From Synechococcales cyanobacterium VAR_4_metabat_354 (GTDB lineage: Bacteria; Cyanobacteriota; Cyanobacteriia; Cyanobacteriales; Chamaesiphonaceae): a DNA stretch of 64,000 bases. Shown here piece after piece: positions 1 through 10,328 of the stretch (positions are counted from its first letter, which is position 1; every line of letters starts with the position of its first letter). Location: contig JANOQI010000059.1 in assembly GCA_031414775.1 (NCBI GenBank), positions 14,182 to 78,181 of the forward strand. Direction: 5' to 3'. Below the pieces are notes generated by a model, which was not told the origin of the DNA, searched no databases, and saw nothing but the letters and a program-made list of their open reading frames with translations. Both the position numbers and the translations under genes were made by a program.

Positions 1-1
1 A

Positions 2-211
<210 letters not shown>

Positions 212-797
212 TCACGTGCTGTAGTAGATGTTTTTTGAGTTACCCTCGTATATTAGTACTTTGTTAGCTATAATATAATAGAAGTAAGACATTATCTTAC
301 TTGGTTAAGAAACATCTGCCTAGTGATAACTAGCCATTGTGATGTGCATCACCTTCCCTTTAACATTCATTGCCCATAACGTCGTACTGTTAACCTGTGT
401 TTTCTAGGTAACTGCAAAGTATTTGTTATGGGCAGTGTAGTATGTTAAGTAAATGCTGTAGTATGTAATGAACATTACCTTTGCTACATACGACATGTTA
501 AAGTTACCCGGTGACTTTTAGCATGTGCAACACAAATAATCGTTGAACCCAATAACTTATCAGCTGGTGATTTCTACTCAAATTTAGTTGTAGGTGTTGT
601 CATGTGTTTGATAGACATACAAAACACAACTTTGCTTAATAGAAAATCTGGATTAAAGAATTTTTTTCCAGATGTGACTTTCATCAGTACTTGTCTTTTC
701 ATTTAGCTGAAACTCTTTAATCATTTAGCTGATATTTATTTCAGTAGATGATATGAACTGCTAAAGTAATAAAAATAACTTCGCTCCTAAAAAATAT

Positions 798-1763
798 ATG
801 GTTTTCCCAGATTCTAATACTCTTCCGATTTCTGTTGATCCGCATGTGCCGATCACGATCAATTCTCAAATTGCTGAACAGATTAAGCTTCTGATTGCAG
901 TTGGGGTGTTACATGCTGGTGATGCTCTGCCGACAGTTACTCAATTAGCTAAGCAACTGAGTGTCAATCACAACACGATTGCTGCTGTTTACAATGATCT
1001 GATTGTGGCTAGCTATTTGATGGCTCAACGTGGTAAGGGCACTTTTGTAGCCAACACCCAAAATGTGCAAAGTATCGTTACTTATCGTCAGGTCTACGAA
1101 CATTTAGAAAAAGCTTTTAGTTCTGCTAGTAGCTTAGGCATGACAGCCTCTGCTTTTGGCTCGGCAGCTTATGCTCAAGCTGTAATGGTTAGTCAAAGAC
1201 AAGTACAAACAGTCAAGGTCGTTTTTGTCGATCGGCTGCAACATTCTCCTAAACTACATACAGTTCTGCAATCTGAACTAGGCATCGAACCAGCCTTGGT
1301 AGAACTATCCGCTGTCCAAGAAAGTAGAGATTTTCTGGATGCTGATTTAATTATTACTCTGGGTCAGCACTTGGATGCAGTGAAAAAGCAGGCCAGTGCT
1401 ACTCAGGAAGTAATAGCTTTGGATGTCAAACCAAACTTGTTGTTGTTAGCAGAAATTTCGGCACTACCGCTAAATAGCCAAGTATTAGTGGTAGGCAACA
1501 ATACGCCCGAAGCAGAAATTATGCAACAGGTGTTAGTCGATGCTGGTGTTACCCACGTTCAGTACAAATTAGTTGCTGCCAAAGACATCAAACCAGAACT
1601 AGTGAAACAGTCGGTGGTGGCATTAGCTGCACCAGGCGTGTCCGAAAGTGCCGTCGGTGGTGAAATTAAGGTTGTACCTTTTAATGTCAACATCGAACAA
1701 GCAAATTTACTGCTAATGAAGGCTCGTTTGTCAACAGTGAAAGCTGCTAAAAATTTGACTTAA
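798..1763 (+). CDS. GntR-family transcriptional regulator (YtrA/PlmA-like wHTH, long C-terminal domain)
   Basis: QIAEQIKLLIAVGVLHAGDALPTVTQLAKQLSVNHNTIAAVYNDL...RGKGTFV GntR wHTH. Confidence 0.88.
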   Translation: MVFPDSNTLPISVDPHVPITINSQIAEQIKLLIAVGVLHAGDALPTVTQLAKQLSVNHNTIAAVYNDLIVASYLMAQRGKGTFVANTQNVQSIVTYRQVYEHLEKAFSSASSLGMTASAFGSAAYAQAVMVSQRQVQTVKVVFVDRLQHSPKLHTVLQSELGIEPALVELSAVQESRDFLDADLIITLGQHLDAVKKQASATQEVIALDVKPNLLLLAEISALPLNSQVLVVGNNTPEAEIMQQVLVDAGVTHVQYKLVAAKDIKPELVKQSVVALAAPGVSESAVGGEIKVVPFNVNIEQANLLLMKARLSTVKAAKNLT

Positions 1764-1800
1764 ATAGTTCAGTTGATTTGGCTTAATTAAAATTGGTCTC

Positions 1801-1846
1801 AACAAAGAAGGAGGGTGTTTAAAACACCCTCCTTCTTTGTTTTTTT
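1801..1846 (+). terminator. Intrinsic terminator
   Basis: 19-bp perfect inverted repeat AACAAAGAAGGAGGGTGTT / AACACCCTCCTTCTTTGTT followed by a T-run. Confidence 0.85.
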
Positions 1847-1886
1847 GCTTATGATGTAATATCGGCAACAATAGCTATGGAATTTT

Positions 1887-2414
1887 ATGTTGGATCATCC
1901 TGAAATTATTATTATTGCTGCTTTGAGTGCTGTCGATCGGATCATTGGCCAAGATGGCAAATTGCCTTGGAGCATCCCCGCCGACTCCCAGCGATTTCAA
2001 GACCTCACCCAGGGCTATGCGGTAATTATGGGCAGAAAAACTTGGGAATCTGATGTGGGCCGCTGCCCATTACCTCAGCGCTATAACATTGTTGTTTCAT
2101 CTCAGCCCCAATTGGGTGAGGTCGATGCCGATTGTTTGAGTAATTCTTTAGGTGTCGAGCTGGTTTCTTCGGTCACGGCGGCGATCGCCAAAGCCCAGAA
2201 ATTTCCGAAAATTTTTATTGTGGGCGGCGCAGGTATCTACACGGAAGCTCTGGCCATAGCTGATACCTGGGAATTAACTCTAGTCGAAGGTGAGTATCAA
2301 GGCGATACTTTTTTTCCAGAATACCAATCACTAGTTGATAAAAAATTTAGGTTGGTCAACGTGGAAAATCACCAAGGTTTTCGATATGAAACCTATCGTA
2401 AGATTATAGCTTAG
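1887..2414 (+). CDS. folA: Dihydrofolate reductase
   Basis: IGQDGKLPWSIPAD, VIMGRKTWES, PLPQRYNIVVS, IVGGAGIY, GDTFFP motifs. Confidence 0.95.
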   Translation: MLDHPEIIIIAALSAVDRIIGQDGKLPWSIPADSQRFQDLTQGYAVIMGRKTWESDVGRCPLPQRYNIVVSSQPQLGEVDADCLSNSLGVELVSSVTAAIAKAQKFPKIFIVGGAGIYTEALAIADTWELTLVEGEYQGDTFFPEYQSLVDKKFRLVNVENHQGFRYETYRKIIA

Positions 2415-2537
2415 GTGGTCTTCGACTCCGCTCAAACTCAACATTAGCTCCTAGATTGTTGCGAATTGCTACTGATGGACTCTGCTAGGGAAAAATCTTA
2501 GTTAGAATCGGTAAAAATGCACTTCTGTCGTCGGCTT

Positions 2538-2894
2538 ATGATTGATGTATCTGCTCTTCATGAATTTTCTCGTTGTCACTGCGTAGCCATTTGTGCAGGA
2601 TTAGTGCCTGCCAACTTGTTGTTGTCTACAGCGGTGATTGGGCTAACGATGTTTAACGGATCTTTGGTACTGCGTCGTTGGCTGTCGATCGGTGGGGCTT
2701 TTTGTGGTTTGTTATTACTTTCCCATGTTGGAAGTTGGTGGCTCATTGGTGTGGTAGCTCCGGCTACGTTTATTTTGCCTGCCTTGGGTCTGCTTTGTTC
2801 AGCAATTAATTGGGCTTGCCTGAACTATCCAATCAGTACGGGGCGGTTTTGGAGATCGATCGTCATGCACGATTGGAAAGCCAGCAGTTTATAA
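2538..2894 (+). CDS. Small membrane protein, hypothetical
   Basis: Hydrophobic ORF with about 3 TM segments; start could be 2517 or 2538. Confidence 0.7.
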   Translation: MIDVSALHEFSRCHCVAICAGLVPANLLLSTAVIGLTMFNGSLVLRRWLSIGGAFCGLLLLSHVGSWWLIGVVAPATFILPALGLLCSAINWACLNYPISTGRFWRSIVMHDWKASSL

Positions 2895-2930
2895 TAGTAA
2901 AGACTTTATTAAGTTTTCACTGCTAAATGC

Positions 2931-3800
2931 ATGACTGTTAAACCAAATTGGTTACGGGTAAAAGCACCTCAGTTAGAGCGAATCGGCGCTGTGCAAGACG
3001 TTCTACGGGATCTTCAGCTTCATACGGTGTGTGAAGAAGCTTCTTGTCCCAATATTGGAGAATGTTTCCAAGCTGGTACAGCTACCTTTTTAATCATGGG
3101 ACCAGCTTGTACCCGGGCTTGCCCATACTGCGATATTGATTTCAATAAAAAACCGCCAGCGCTAGATCCCAACGAGCCGCATCAACTAGCTGCCGCTGTG
3201 AAACGCTTAAAACTCAATCATGTGGTGATTACTTCGGTTAATCGGGATGACTTGCCGGATGGTGGTGCTACTCAGTTTCTGCGCTGTATTGGTGCCGTCC
3301 GGGCACTTTCCCCCGACACGACGATTGAAGTATTGATTCCAGACTTGTGTGGCAATTGGTCAGCGTTAGAAGTAATTCTGCGCGCCGCACCAGAAGTGCT
3401 CAATCACAACACCGAGACAGTGCCCCGCTTATATCGGCAAGTCCGGCCCCAAGGCAATTATTTGCGCAGTTTGGAGGTAGTTTCTAGGACGCGCCAGCTG
3501 AGTCCGCAGACTTATACCAAGTCCGGAATTATGGTGGGCTTGGGTGAAACGGATGCCGAAGTGCGGCAAACTATGCGCGATCTTCGCACTGCACACTGTG
3601 ATATTTTGACGATCGGTCAATATTTGCAACCCACTCCCCAGCATTTACCGGTGGCAGAATTTGTCACTCCGGCACAGTTTGCGAACTGGCGAAAATTTGG
3701 TGAAGCGATCGGCTTTCTACAAGTAGTTTCCTCGCCCTTAACCCGCAGCTCTTATCATGCCGAGCAAGTGCGAGAATTGATGGTGAGATACCCACGTTGA
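2931..3800 (+). CDS. lipA: Lipoyl synthase
   Basis: [12 protein letters not shown] and CTRACPYC clusters; RSSYHA C-terminus. Confidence 0.97.
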   Translation: MTVKPNWLRVKAPQLERIGAVQDVLRDLQLHTVCEEASCPNIGECFQAGTATFLIMGPACTRACPYCDIDFNKKPPALDPNEPHQLAAAVKRLKLNHVVITSVNRDDLPDGGATQFLRCIGAVRALSPDTTIEVLIPDLCGNWSALEVILRAAPEVLNHNTETVPRLYRQVRPQGNYLRSLEVVSRTRQLSPQTYTKSGIMVGLGETDAEVRQTMRDLRTAHCDILTIGQYLQPTPQHLPVAEFVTPAQFANWRKFGEAIGFLQVVSSPLTRSSYHAEQVRELMVRYPR

Positions 3801-4708
3801 GTATGGTAGAAAACGTTGCGGTGATTGGCACTGGGGCTTGGGGTTCAGTCTTGGCTCAACTCGTACAAGCCCCCACGGTGGTCAGTTGGTCGCGGCGCTC
3901 TGGTTCTAATTTGCCTGAATTGATCGCTCCTAGTCAGATGATTGTCTCAGCGGTGTCGATGGCCGGGGTTCAAGATATTATTGACGAATTGCGCGGCCAA
4001 TTATCACCCGAGCAGATTATTGTTACCACTACTAAGGGCTTAGACTTAGCCACCAATTTTACTCCAGCACAGCTGTGGGCAGCCGCTTTTCCGCAGAATG
4101 CGATCGTGGTGTTGTCTGGTCCCAATTTGTCTGCCGAAATCAAACAGGGTTTGCCTGCTGCCACAGTGGTTGCTAGTCATCACCTGGTAGCGGCAGTAAA
4201 AGTACAAACGGCTTTTTCGTCGGCGCAGTTTCGGGTTTATACCAATAATGATCCTTTAGGTGTTGAACTGGGTGGCACGGTCAAAAATGTGATGGCAATC
4301 GCCGCTGGTACCTGTGATGGATTGGGCTTAGGTACTAATGCCAAGGCTGGTTTGATGACCAGAGGTCTAGCTGAAATCATCAGAATTGGCAAACAGTGGG
4401 GAGCAAGACCAGAAACATTTTATGGTTTATCTGGTCTGGGAGATTTGTTGGCTACTTGTAATAGTGCACTCAGTCGAAATTATCAGGTGGGCTATGGCTT
4501 GGCTCAAGGTCATGCTTTAGCGCAGGTGCTCAGCAACCTGACTGGTACCGCTGAGGGTGTCAATACAACTAAGGTATTGATGCAGATTGCTCACCAAAAT
4601 CAAGTGGAGCTGCCGATTACCATGATGGTCGATCGATTATTGCAAGGCCAAATTACCCCCAAGGAAGCTTTGATTGCTTTGATGATGCGGGATAGTAAGT
4701 CTGAGTAA
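3797..4708 (+). CDS. gpsA: NAD(P)H-dependent glycerol-3-phosphate dehydrogenase
   Basis: [45 protein letters not shown]. Confidence 0.95.
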   Translation: MSMVENVAVIGTGAWGSVLAQLVQAPTVVSWSRRSGSNLPELIAPSQMIVSAVSMAGVQDIIDELRGQLSPEQIIVTTTKGLDLATNFTPAQLWAAAFPQNAIVVLSGPNLSAEIKQGLPAATVVASHHLVAAVKVQTAFSSAQFRVYTNNDPLGVELGGTVKNVMAIAAGTCDGLGLGTNAKAGLMTRGLAEIIRIGKQWGARPETFYGLSGLGDLLATCNSALSRNYQVGYGLAQGHALAQVLSNLTGTAEGVNTTKVLMQIAHQNQVELPITMMVDRLLQGQITPKEALIALMMRDSKSE

Positions 4709-4840
4709 GGCTGCCAGCAGCTAGTGGAGCTTTTGCTCAGCTTACGTCAGTATTGTTTTACAATCCATTTAGCAAGTAGAGGAATAAATATAAGTCAAAT
4801 ATTCTGTACAGGAATTGATTAGTGTTTTTTGTGGTGTTCT

Positions 4841-5662
4841 ATGCAAGTTAAAATTTTATTGGCTTTAGCTACTCTAACCGGCATATTTTGGTGGTTTTCA
4901 GCTTGGGCGGGGCGTAAAGTACCAACGTTCCAAGTCCAAAAATATCCCAGTCCGGTTGCGATGGTGGCTTCCCCTAAACCTTCCGCACCAATTATTAGCT
5001 CCAGTCCTACTCCTCTCACCACACCGAATTCTTTACTTCCAATTCCATCTGTACCAGTCCCCTCTGGTTCATCAGTGCTCAGTAAGGCCATTCCCACACA
5101 GTCGAGTCCAGCGGTGAAGCCGATCGCTTCGCTAGCACCTAAGGCGATTGCGCCAATTCCCATTCCTAATTCCCAGCCAATTATGCCTACCCCAGTTGTT
5201 TTGCGGGCGCGGCCACTGGCGATCGATCCGGTTACTAATCAAATCCTCGATGCTCTCATGTCGGCAGTGATTAGCCAAGAAAGCAACGGCAATTCTCAAG
5301 TTCAACATCCGGTAAGTAAGGCTATGGGTCTGGGGCAAGTGATCCCAGATAATATTCCGGCCTGGACCAAGGAAACTTTTGGCCAAGAGCTAACAGCCGA
5401 GCAGTTTCGGAGTAGCCCAGATGCTCAGATGTACGTAATTCGACAAAAGCTTTTTCAGTATTATGGTCGGGCGATCGCAGCCAGTGGTGGCGATTTGCAT
5501 CTGGCTGTCCGGCGAGTAAGTGCCCAATGGTATTCTGGTCAACCCAATCTCTATGATTCTACCAATCCGGTAGCCACCGGACCCAGCATTAAGGATTACA
5601 CCCTTCAGGTCTTGGGCAGGTTTCAGAGTTTTTATCCCCAAAATTATTTGGTGCGATATTAA
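4841..5662 (+). CDS. Membrane-anchored lytic transglycosylase-like protein with Pro/Ser-rich linker
   Basis: N-terminal TM, Pro-rich spacer, SLT-like QES..AMGLGQVIP..WYSG motifs. Confidence 0.7.
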   Translation: MQVKILLALATLTGIFWWFSAWAGRKVPTFQVQKYPSPVAMVASPKPSAPIISSSPTPLTTPNSLLPIPSVPVPSGSSVLSKAIPTQSSPAVKPIASLAPKAIAPIPIPNSQPIMPTPVVLRARPLAIDPVTNQILDALMSAVISQESNGNSQVQHPVSKAMGLGQVIPDNIPAWTKETFGQELTAEQFRSSPDAQMYVIRQKLFQYYGRAIAASGGDLHLAVRRVSAQWYSGQPNLYDSTNPVATGPSIKDYTLQVLGRFQSFYPQNYLVRY

Positions 5663-5694
5663 TCTCAGCCATTGCAGTCCAGCTGTTGTCCCGT

Positions 5695-6741
5695 CTAGAT
5701 TGATATCTCTGTCTGGACTATTTCGTTGAGGCGGGTTTGGAGTTGATTCATCCATTCCTGGGCAGCGTTATTTTCGAGGGTGTCAATATTGGTGAATTGA
5801 TGAATACGCAGTCGTTCACCATTCGTTAATGCCAAATTAAGATAGTGGGCAGACTCACGATTGATGTTGGCTAAAGCATCGTCTGTTACTATCTCTGTGA
5901 ATGGTCCCTCTACTTCCAAGCTGGTTATTTCTGTGAACTCGATCCGCAGTAGCTGTTCACCGTTGAGATATCGATCGACTAGCCGCTCCGCAAAATCAAA
6001 GATAAAACACTCATCTTGATGAAAAAACTTTAGCTGCCAAGGTAAATCTAAAATTTGGCAAATAGGCTGAATCACCGACTCCACCACCTCCGAAAATTCG
6101 GAGTAGGGTGCAGTATAAACTGATGGCTGATTCTCATTCCAAGACAAATAATGGGTGGGGACTTCTCCCGCATCCATGTTTAGCCGCACAAAAATATTAA
6201 CCTGGGCAGAATTATTCGCTAAATCAGGAATTTCTAACACTAGACCATAGATGTCCGATCGAGGGAAAGTCCGGGCTGTTTTGTCGAGTAAAGTTTCTGG
6301 CTGCTGTTGAATAAGTTGGGTTGTTTGATCGAATATCCAAGTGGTCTTTTTGGGAGTTAAAGATTTGTTAATCAATAGTCCAGCTGTGACACCACCCAAC
6401 CAGAGCAAACCAAACCCAAAAAAACTATGATCGCCAGGTATTTTGCGGGTGTAAGGTTGAAACTCTTGCTCGGTAAATTGGATGGTATTGACACTGACCG
6501 GCATCTGTAAAAATTGTTTTACCCCACTACATTCCATACCATTGGGATTAATCCGGCTCACATTACAAGTGAGAGTTTCTGGTAAGCCCGAAAAACCGAT
6601 GAGTAGTGCTACAAAGCCGGGTATGTAAGTAATAAGACTCATTATTACTTTAAATGCGGTACTAGTCCAAAGGCTTTGAGGGGGAATTGCTTGAGCCACT
6701 AATCGATTATTAGAATGTTCAGTGATTAACCAATTAGACAT
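5695..6741 (-). CDS. Hypothetical membrane protein
   Basis: 348-aa ORF with two TM segments. Confidence 0.7.
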   Translation of the reverse strand: MSNWLITEHSNNRLVAQAIPPQSLWTSTAFKVIMSLITYIPGFVALLIGFSGLPETLTCNVSRINPNGMECSGVKQFLQMPVSVNTIQFTEQEFQPYTRKIPGDHSFFGFGLLWLGGVTAGLLINKSLTPKKTTWIFDQTTQLIQQQPETLLDKTARTFPRSDIYGLVLEIPDLANNSAQVNIFVRLNMDAGEVPTHYLSWNENQPSVYTAPYSEFSEVVESVIQPICQILDLPWQLKFFHQDECFIFDFAERLVDRYLNGEQLLRIEFTEITSLEVEGPFTEIVTDDALANINRESAHYLNLALTNGERLRIHQFTNIDTLENNAAQEWMNQLQTRLNEIVQTEISI

Positions 6742-6904
6742 GAAAAAAAGTACCTAAGTTCCCTATCTTTCATTTTAGAATGCCCGGAAATGCGCAGAAT
6801 TTTACAAATTATTGTTTTCTGGTGTTTTCTGGCGATCAATACTCCAGCTGGTGTCAGACTTCAAGCTACAATTAACCCCATCAATTATTGTGGACTGGTG
6901 TGAG

Positions 6905-8089
6905 ATGCGCTTAAAATCTTTGGATGTTTTTCGGGGGCTGACTGTCGCCGTCATGATTTTTGTCAATGTGGCCGGTCTGGGGGAACTGGGAGAAAAATAT
7001 GTTTGGATAGATCATGCTGAATGGCATGGCAGTTGGCATTTAGCTGATTTCGTTTTCCCCTTTTTTCTTTACATTATTGGAATGGCGATGGCCTTCTCCT
7101 TTGCTAAGTATACTGGCGGCGATCGACCAACTTCAGCTGTTTATCAGCGGGTTTTACGTAGGACATTATTGCTGTTTGTGATTGGCCTCTTGATCAATGG
7201 CCTAATTTACAGTGTCTGTAAAATGCCGGTGGATGGCATTTTTAATTTTTCTAACCTGCGCATTATGGGTGTATTGCAACGTATTAGTCTCGCCTATGGA
7301 GCAGCGGCTCTGATTGTATTGTCATTCCCGCGACGGATGCAGTGGGGCATGGCCGGTGCACTTTTGATTGGTTATTGGCTAATTATGGCTTTCGTGGCTG
7401 CTCCGGATGCTCCTGCCGATGTCTTGAGTAAAACAGTAGAGGTGAAGTCTTTTTTTGATAGCAAAATTCATAATATTGGGGCTTATATCGATCGACAGAT
7501 AATTCCGGCGGCTCATTTCTATAAAGCCGGAAAAAAAGGCTACGAGCCAGAGGGTTTATTTGCGACTTTGCCGGCGATCGTCAGCGTCTTGCTAGGTTAC
7601 TTTCATGGCGTATGGCTGAAGCAGCAGCGGGAGGTGAAGACCGACCACAGCATTCAGATGGTGATGTTTGGACTAGCGGCGATTCTGGCGGGGCGAATTT
7701 GGGGTAACTTTTTTCCGATCAATAAAAACCTCTGGACTAGCTCCTTTGTGCTGTTTATGGCTGGTTGGGCACTGATGATTTTTGCGGCTTGTTATGAGTT
7801 GGTCGATGTGCGGCAAATCGGGCTGAAATTATTTAAACCTCTGGAGATGATGGGACTGAATGCCCTGTTTGCCTTTGTTGGCTCAGTCTTAATGATCAAA
7901 GTCGTCTACTTTAACAATATTGATGGTTGCGGCGACAAGGCTACTACGGTTTATAACTTCTTGCGTAATGCCCTATTTGGTTGGTCGGGGGAAGCCAACA
8001 GCGCCATTTTATTGGCTCTGTTGTCAGTCTTACTCTGGATCTCGATTTGCTTTGGCATGTATTGGCGACGTTGGTTCATTAAGCTATAA
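6905..8089 (+). CDS. HGSNAT/DUF5009-like membrane acyltransferase
   Basis: RLKSLDVFRGL..MIFVN, HAEWHG..LADFVFPFF, GVLQRI, PINKNLWTSSF. Confidence 0.88.
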   Translation: MRLKSLDVFRGLTVAVMIFVNVAGLGELGEKYVWIDHAEWHGSWHLADFVFPFFLYIIGMAMAFSFAKYTGGDRPTSAVYQRVLRRTLLLFVIGLLINGLIYSVCKMPVDGIFNFSNLRIMGVLQRISLAYGAAALIVLSFPRRMQWGMAGALLIGYWLIMAFVAAPDAPADVLSKTVEVKSFFDSKIHNIGAYIDRQIIPAAHFYKAGKKGYEPEGLFATLPAIVSVLLGYFHGVWLKQQREVKTDHSIQMVMFGLAAILAGRIWGNFFPINKNLWTSSFVLFMAGWALMIFAACYELVDVRQIGLKLFKPLEMMGLNALFAFVGSVLMIKVVYFNNIDGCGDKATTVYNFLRNALFGWSGEANSAILLALLSVLLWISICFGMYWRRWFIKL

Positions 8090-8133
8090 AAATCAAAGGA
8101 TAATAGACCAGAGGATGTGGAGTTTCAGAAAAA

Positions 8134-9750
8134 ATGTTGGGCATGAAAATAAAAAATCACGGATTGCAATGGTTGTTAACGGCAAGCCTCAGTCTAATTT
8201 ATTGGCTGCATGGCGGTCTGGCGATGGCCAATGTTGGTCTGAGTGAAACAGCGCCGCCCGCAGTAATTAATCAGTTAGCAACGGCGGTCAGTGGATCGCC
8301 CCAAGTGAGTGTCTTGAGTCCGCGCCCGGATGAAGTTGTAAATACCAATAATGTCTTGGTGAATCTTCAGGTGCAGGGTGTGCCCATTTTTAAAAATGCT
8401 GCTTTGGGCTTGGGTCCCCATTTGCATGTGTTGATCGATCGCACCTCCTACCAATCTGTCTATGATTTAGCTCAACCTTTGACCCTCAATAACCTGACTC
8501 CGGGGACTCATACCCTGCAAGTGTTGATAGCTAAACCCTGGCACGAGAGCTGGAAAAATCCGGGGGCTTTGGCTCAAGTTACTTTCCATGTTTTGGCCAA
8601 GTCTGCCGAAAATCCAGCGCCAACCGCGCCCACCTTGGTCTACAACGAACCGGATGCCACCTATGGAGCCGAACCGTTTCTGTTAGATTTTTATCTGGCC
8701 AATGCTCCCAGCCACCGGGATGCTCAGCAGCATTTAGTGAATGATTGGCGAGTGCGGACAACGATCAACGACCAAAGTTTTGAGGTGGATCAAATGTCGC
8801 CTTTCTACCTAAAAGGCTTGAAACCCGGTGTCAACTTGGTAAAACTGGAATATCTTAATGCTCAAGGTCAGTCTACTGATAGCATCCTGCGGGTCGTGAA
8901 CTATCAACCCAACGGCACCGATAGTTTATCGCGGCTGCTCCGCAATGAACTAGCGCTGAATGATGCCTTGGCACTCTTTAACCCTGCTAGTAGAAATGCG
9001 GTGGTAGCAATTGCCCCAGCTGCTCCGGCTGTCCCAAATCCCCAATGGGCTTGGCCACCAGCAATTCCGATCATTACACCACCGCCTACTGTTCCCCCGG
9101 TGGCAGTAGTTTCGCCAGCTCCTGTTGTTGCTGCTCCAGTTATCCTCACCCCAGCGCCAATTCCTGTGCCATCATCACCATCAGTACTTCCCAGTCCATC
9201 TTTGCTGCCGCCGGCAATTCCAGCCCCAGCAATAACTAGTTTAATTAATCCCAGCGTCAATTATCAAGTTAAACCTTTACCATTACCGATGCCTGTGCCT
9301 TCGATGCCGGCCGCCTTGCCATCAGCAGTTATTCCTTTGCCAGAAGCCCCTCGCGCAGCTGTGACTCCCTTAAATTTGCCAGTGGTAGAGCTACCCCCAG
9401 TAATTAAGCCCGATTTTCCGCAGGAAACGCTTCGCGATCGATCACCAATAGCTGTTGCTCCTGTTCTCCAAGCTCCAGCAAACCAAAAACCCCCAGCTGA
9501 GATTTCGGAAGCGATCGATCGACTTAATCTGCCAACTTTCCAAACACCGCTGCTGGCTCCGAAAACGGGGGAAAGTGAGATTGAATTCAAAGTGTTAGCT
9601 AGAGAATTTCTGCACACTGTCTCAGTCAGAATCAAAAAGTTTACTAACTCAATTCCGCCCAAGGTGACGAAGTGGAGTAAAAATCTGGGTCATTGGATTG
9701 GAGATCGATCGCAAGCAATGCAAGCCGGACAGAAAGACACCGGAACGTAA
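8134..9750 (+). CDS. Exported protein with Pro-rich C-terminal region
   Basis: Signal-like N-terminus, LGLGPHLHVLID..PWHESWKN domain, long Pro-rich tract. Confidence 0.75.
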   Translation: MLGMKIKNHGLQWLLTASLSLIYWLHGGLAMANVGLSETAPPAVINQLATAVSGSPQVSVLSPRPDEVVNTNNVLVNLQVQGVPIFKNAALGLGPHLHVLIDRTSYQSVYDLAQPLTLNNLTPGTHTLQVLIAKPWHESWKNPGALAQVTFHVLAKSAENPAPTAPTLVYNEPDATYGAEPFLLDFYLANAPSHRDAQQHLVNDWRVRTTINDQSFEVDQMSPFYLKGLKPGVNLVKLEYLNAQGQSTDSILRVVNYQPNGTDSLSRLLRNELALNDALALFNPASRNAVVAIAPAAPAVPNPQWAWPPAIPIITPPPTVPPVAVVSPAPVVAAPVILTPAPIPVPSSPSVLPSPSLLPPAIPAPAITSLINPSVNYQVKPLPLPMPVPSMPAALPSAVIPLPEAPRAAVTPLNLPVVELPPVIKPDFPQETLRDRSPIAVAPVLQAPANQKPPAEISEAIDRLNLPTFQTPLLAPKTGESEIEFKVLAREFLHTVSVRIKKFTNSIPPKVTKWSKNLGHWIGDRSQAMQAGQKDTGT

Positions 9751-9764
9751 ATCAGCAACGCCGT

Positions 9765-10241
9765 TTAATCCTTGAACAAAGACACCACTCGATGAGGACG
9801 CTTACCCCAATAGGTATCAGCCGCAAAACTGGCTTCTTTTACCCCAGTACTACTTTGAGAACCAATGAATTTTGAATCCTGCACATTAGTCAGAATGCCG
9901 ACATGTGGTGACTGTCCGCGTACCGCCGGAAAAACCACTAAATCACCGGGTTTTGGTGATTTAGTGGGAAAAAAATCTGGATCTTCTGGGTATTCTTCAG
10001 CGCGACGATAACCATAATCCTCTACCACCTGGCTATAGACAGCATGTACAAAGTGAGAACAATCTACCCCCCCTTTACCTTTACCACCGTACTGATAGGG
10101 CGTGCCTTTCCAAGTCTGAGCCTCACTGACCACCATATTTAGATCTTGCGGGGTCAGGTCATTATTTTCATTGTCATTAGCTATAGCCGGGATGATGTAG
10201 CAGCAAGCCAATAGAGCACCAAGCAGAATTTTCTTGTACAT
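9765..10241 (-). CDS. NlpC/P60 (C40) peptidase
   Basis: WKGTPYQYGG..GVDCSHF, PGDLVVF..HVGI. Confidence 0.9.
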   Translation of the reverse strand: MYKKILLGALLACCYIIPAIANDNENNDLTPQDLNMVVSEAQTWKGTPYQYGGKGKGGVDCSHFVHAVYSQVVEDYGYRRAEEYPEDPDFFPTKSPKPGDLVVFPAVRGQSPHVGILTNVQDSKFIGSQSSTGVKEASFAADTYWGKRPHRVVSLFKD

Positions 10242-10328
10242 AAATATACTATTCCATTGAAAGGACAAAAATATGTATAAGAGCCGAGAGACGGGTGTTA
10301 TTGGTCTGCTGTTCCTTGGTATTAATTT

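Noticed and set aside
2419..2434. CTTCGACTCCGCTCA, resembling half of a REP-like repeat
   Set aside because: Single partial copy with no complementary arm found in the window
9000..9480. Pro-rich low-complexity tract
   Set aside because: Ordinary disordered linker with no DNA-level tandem repeat
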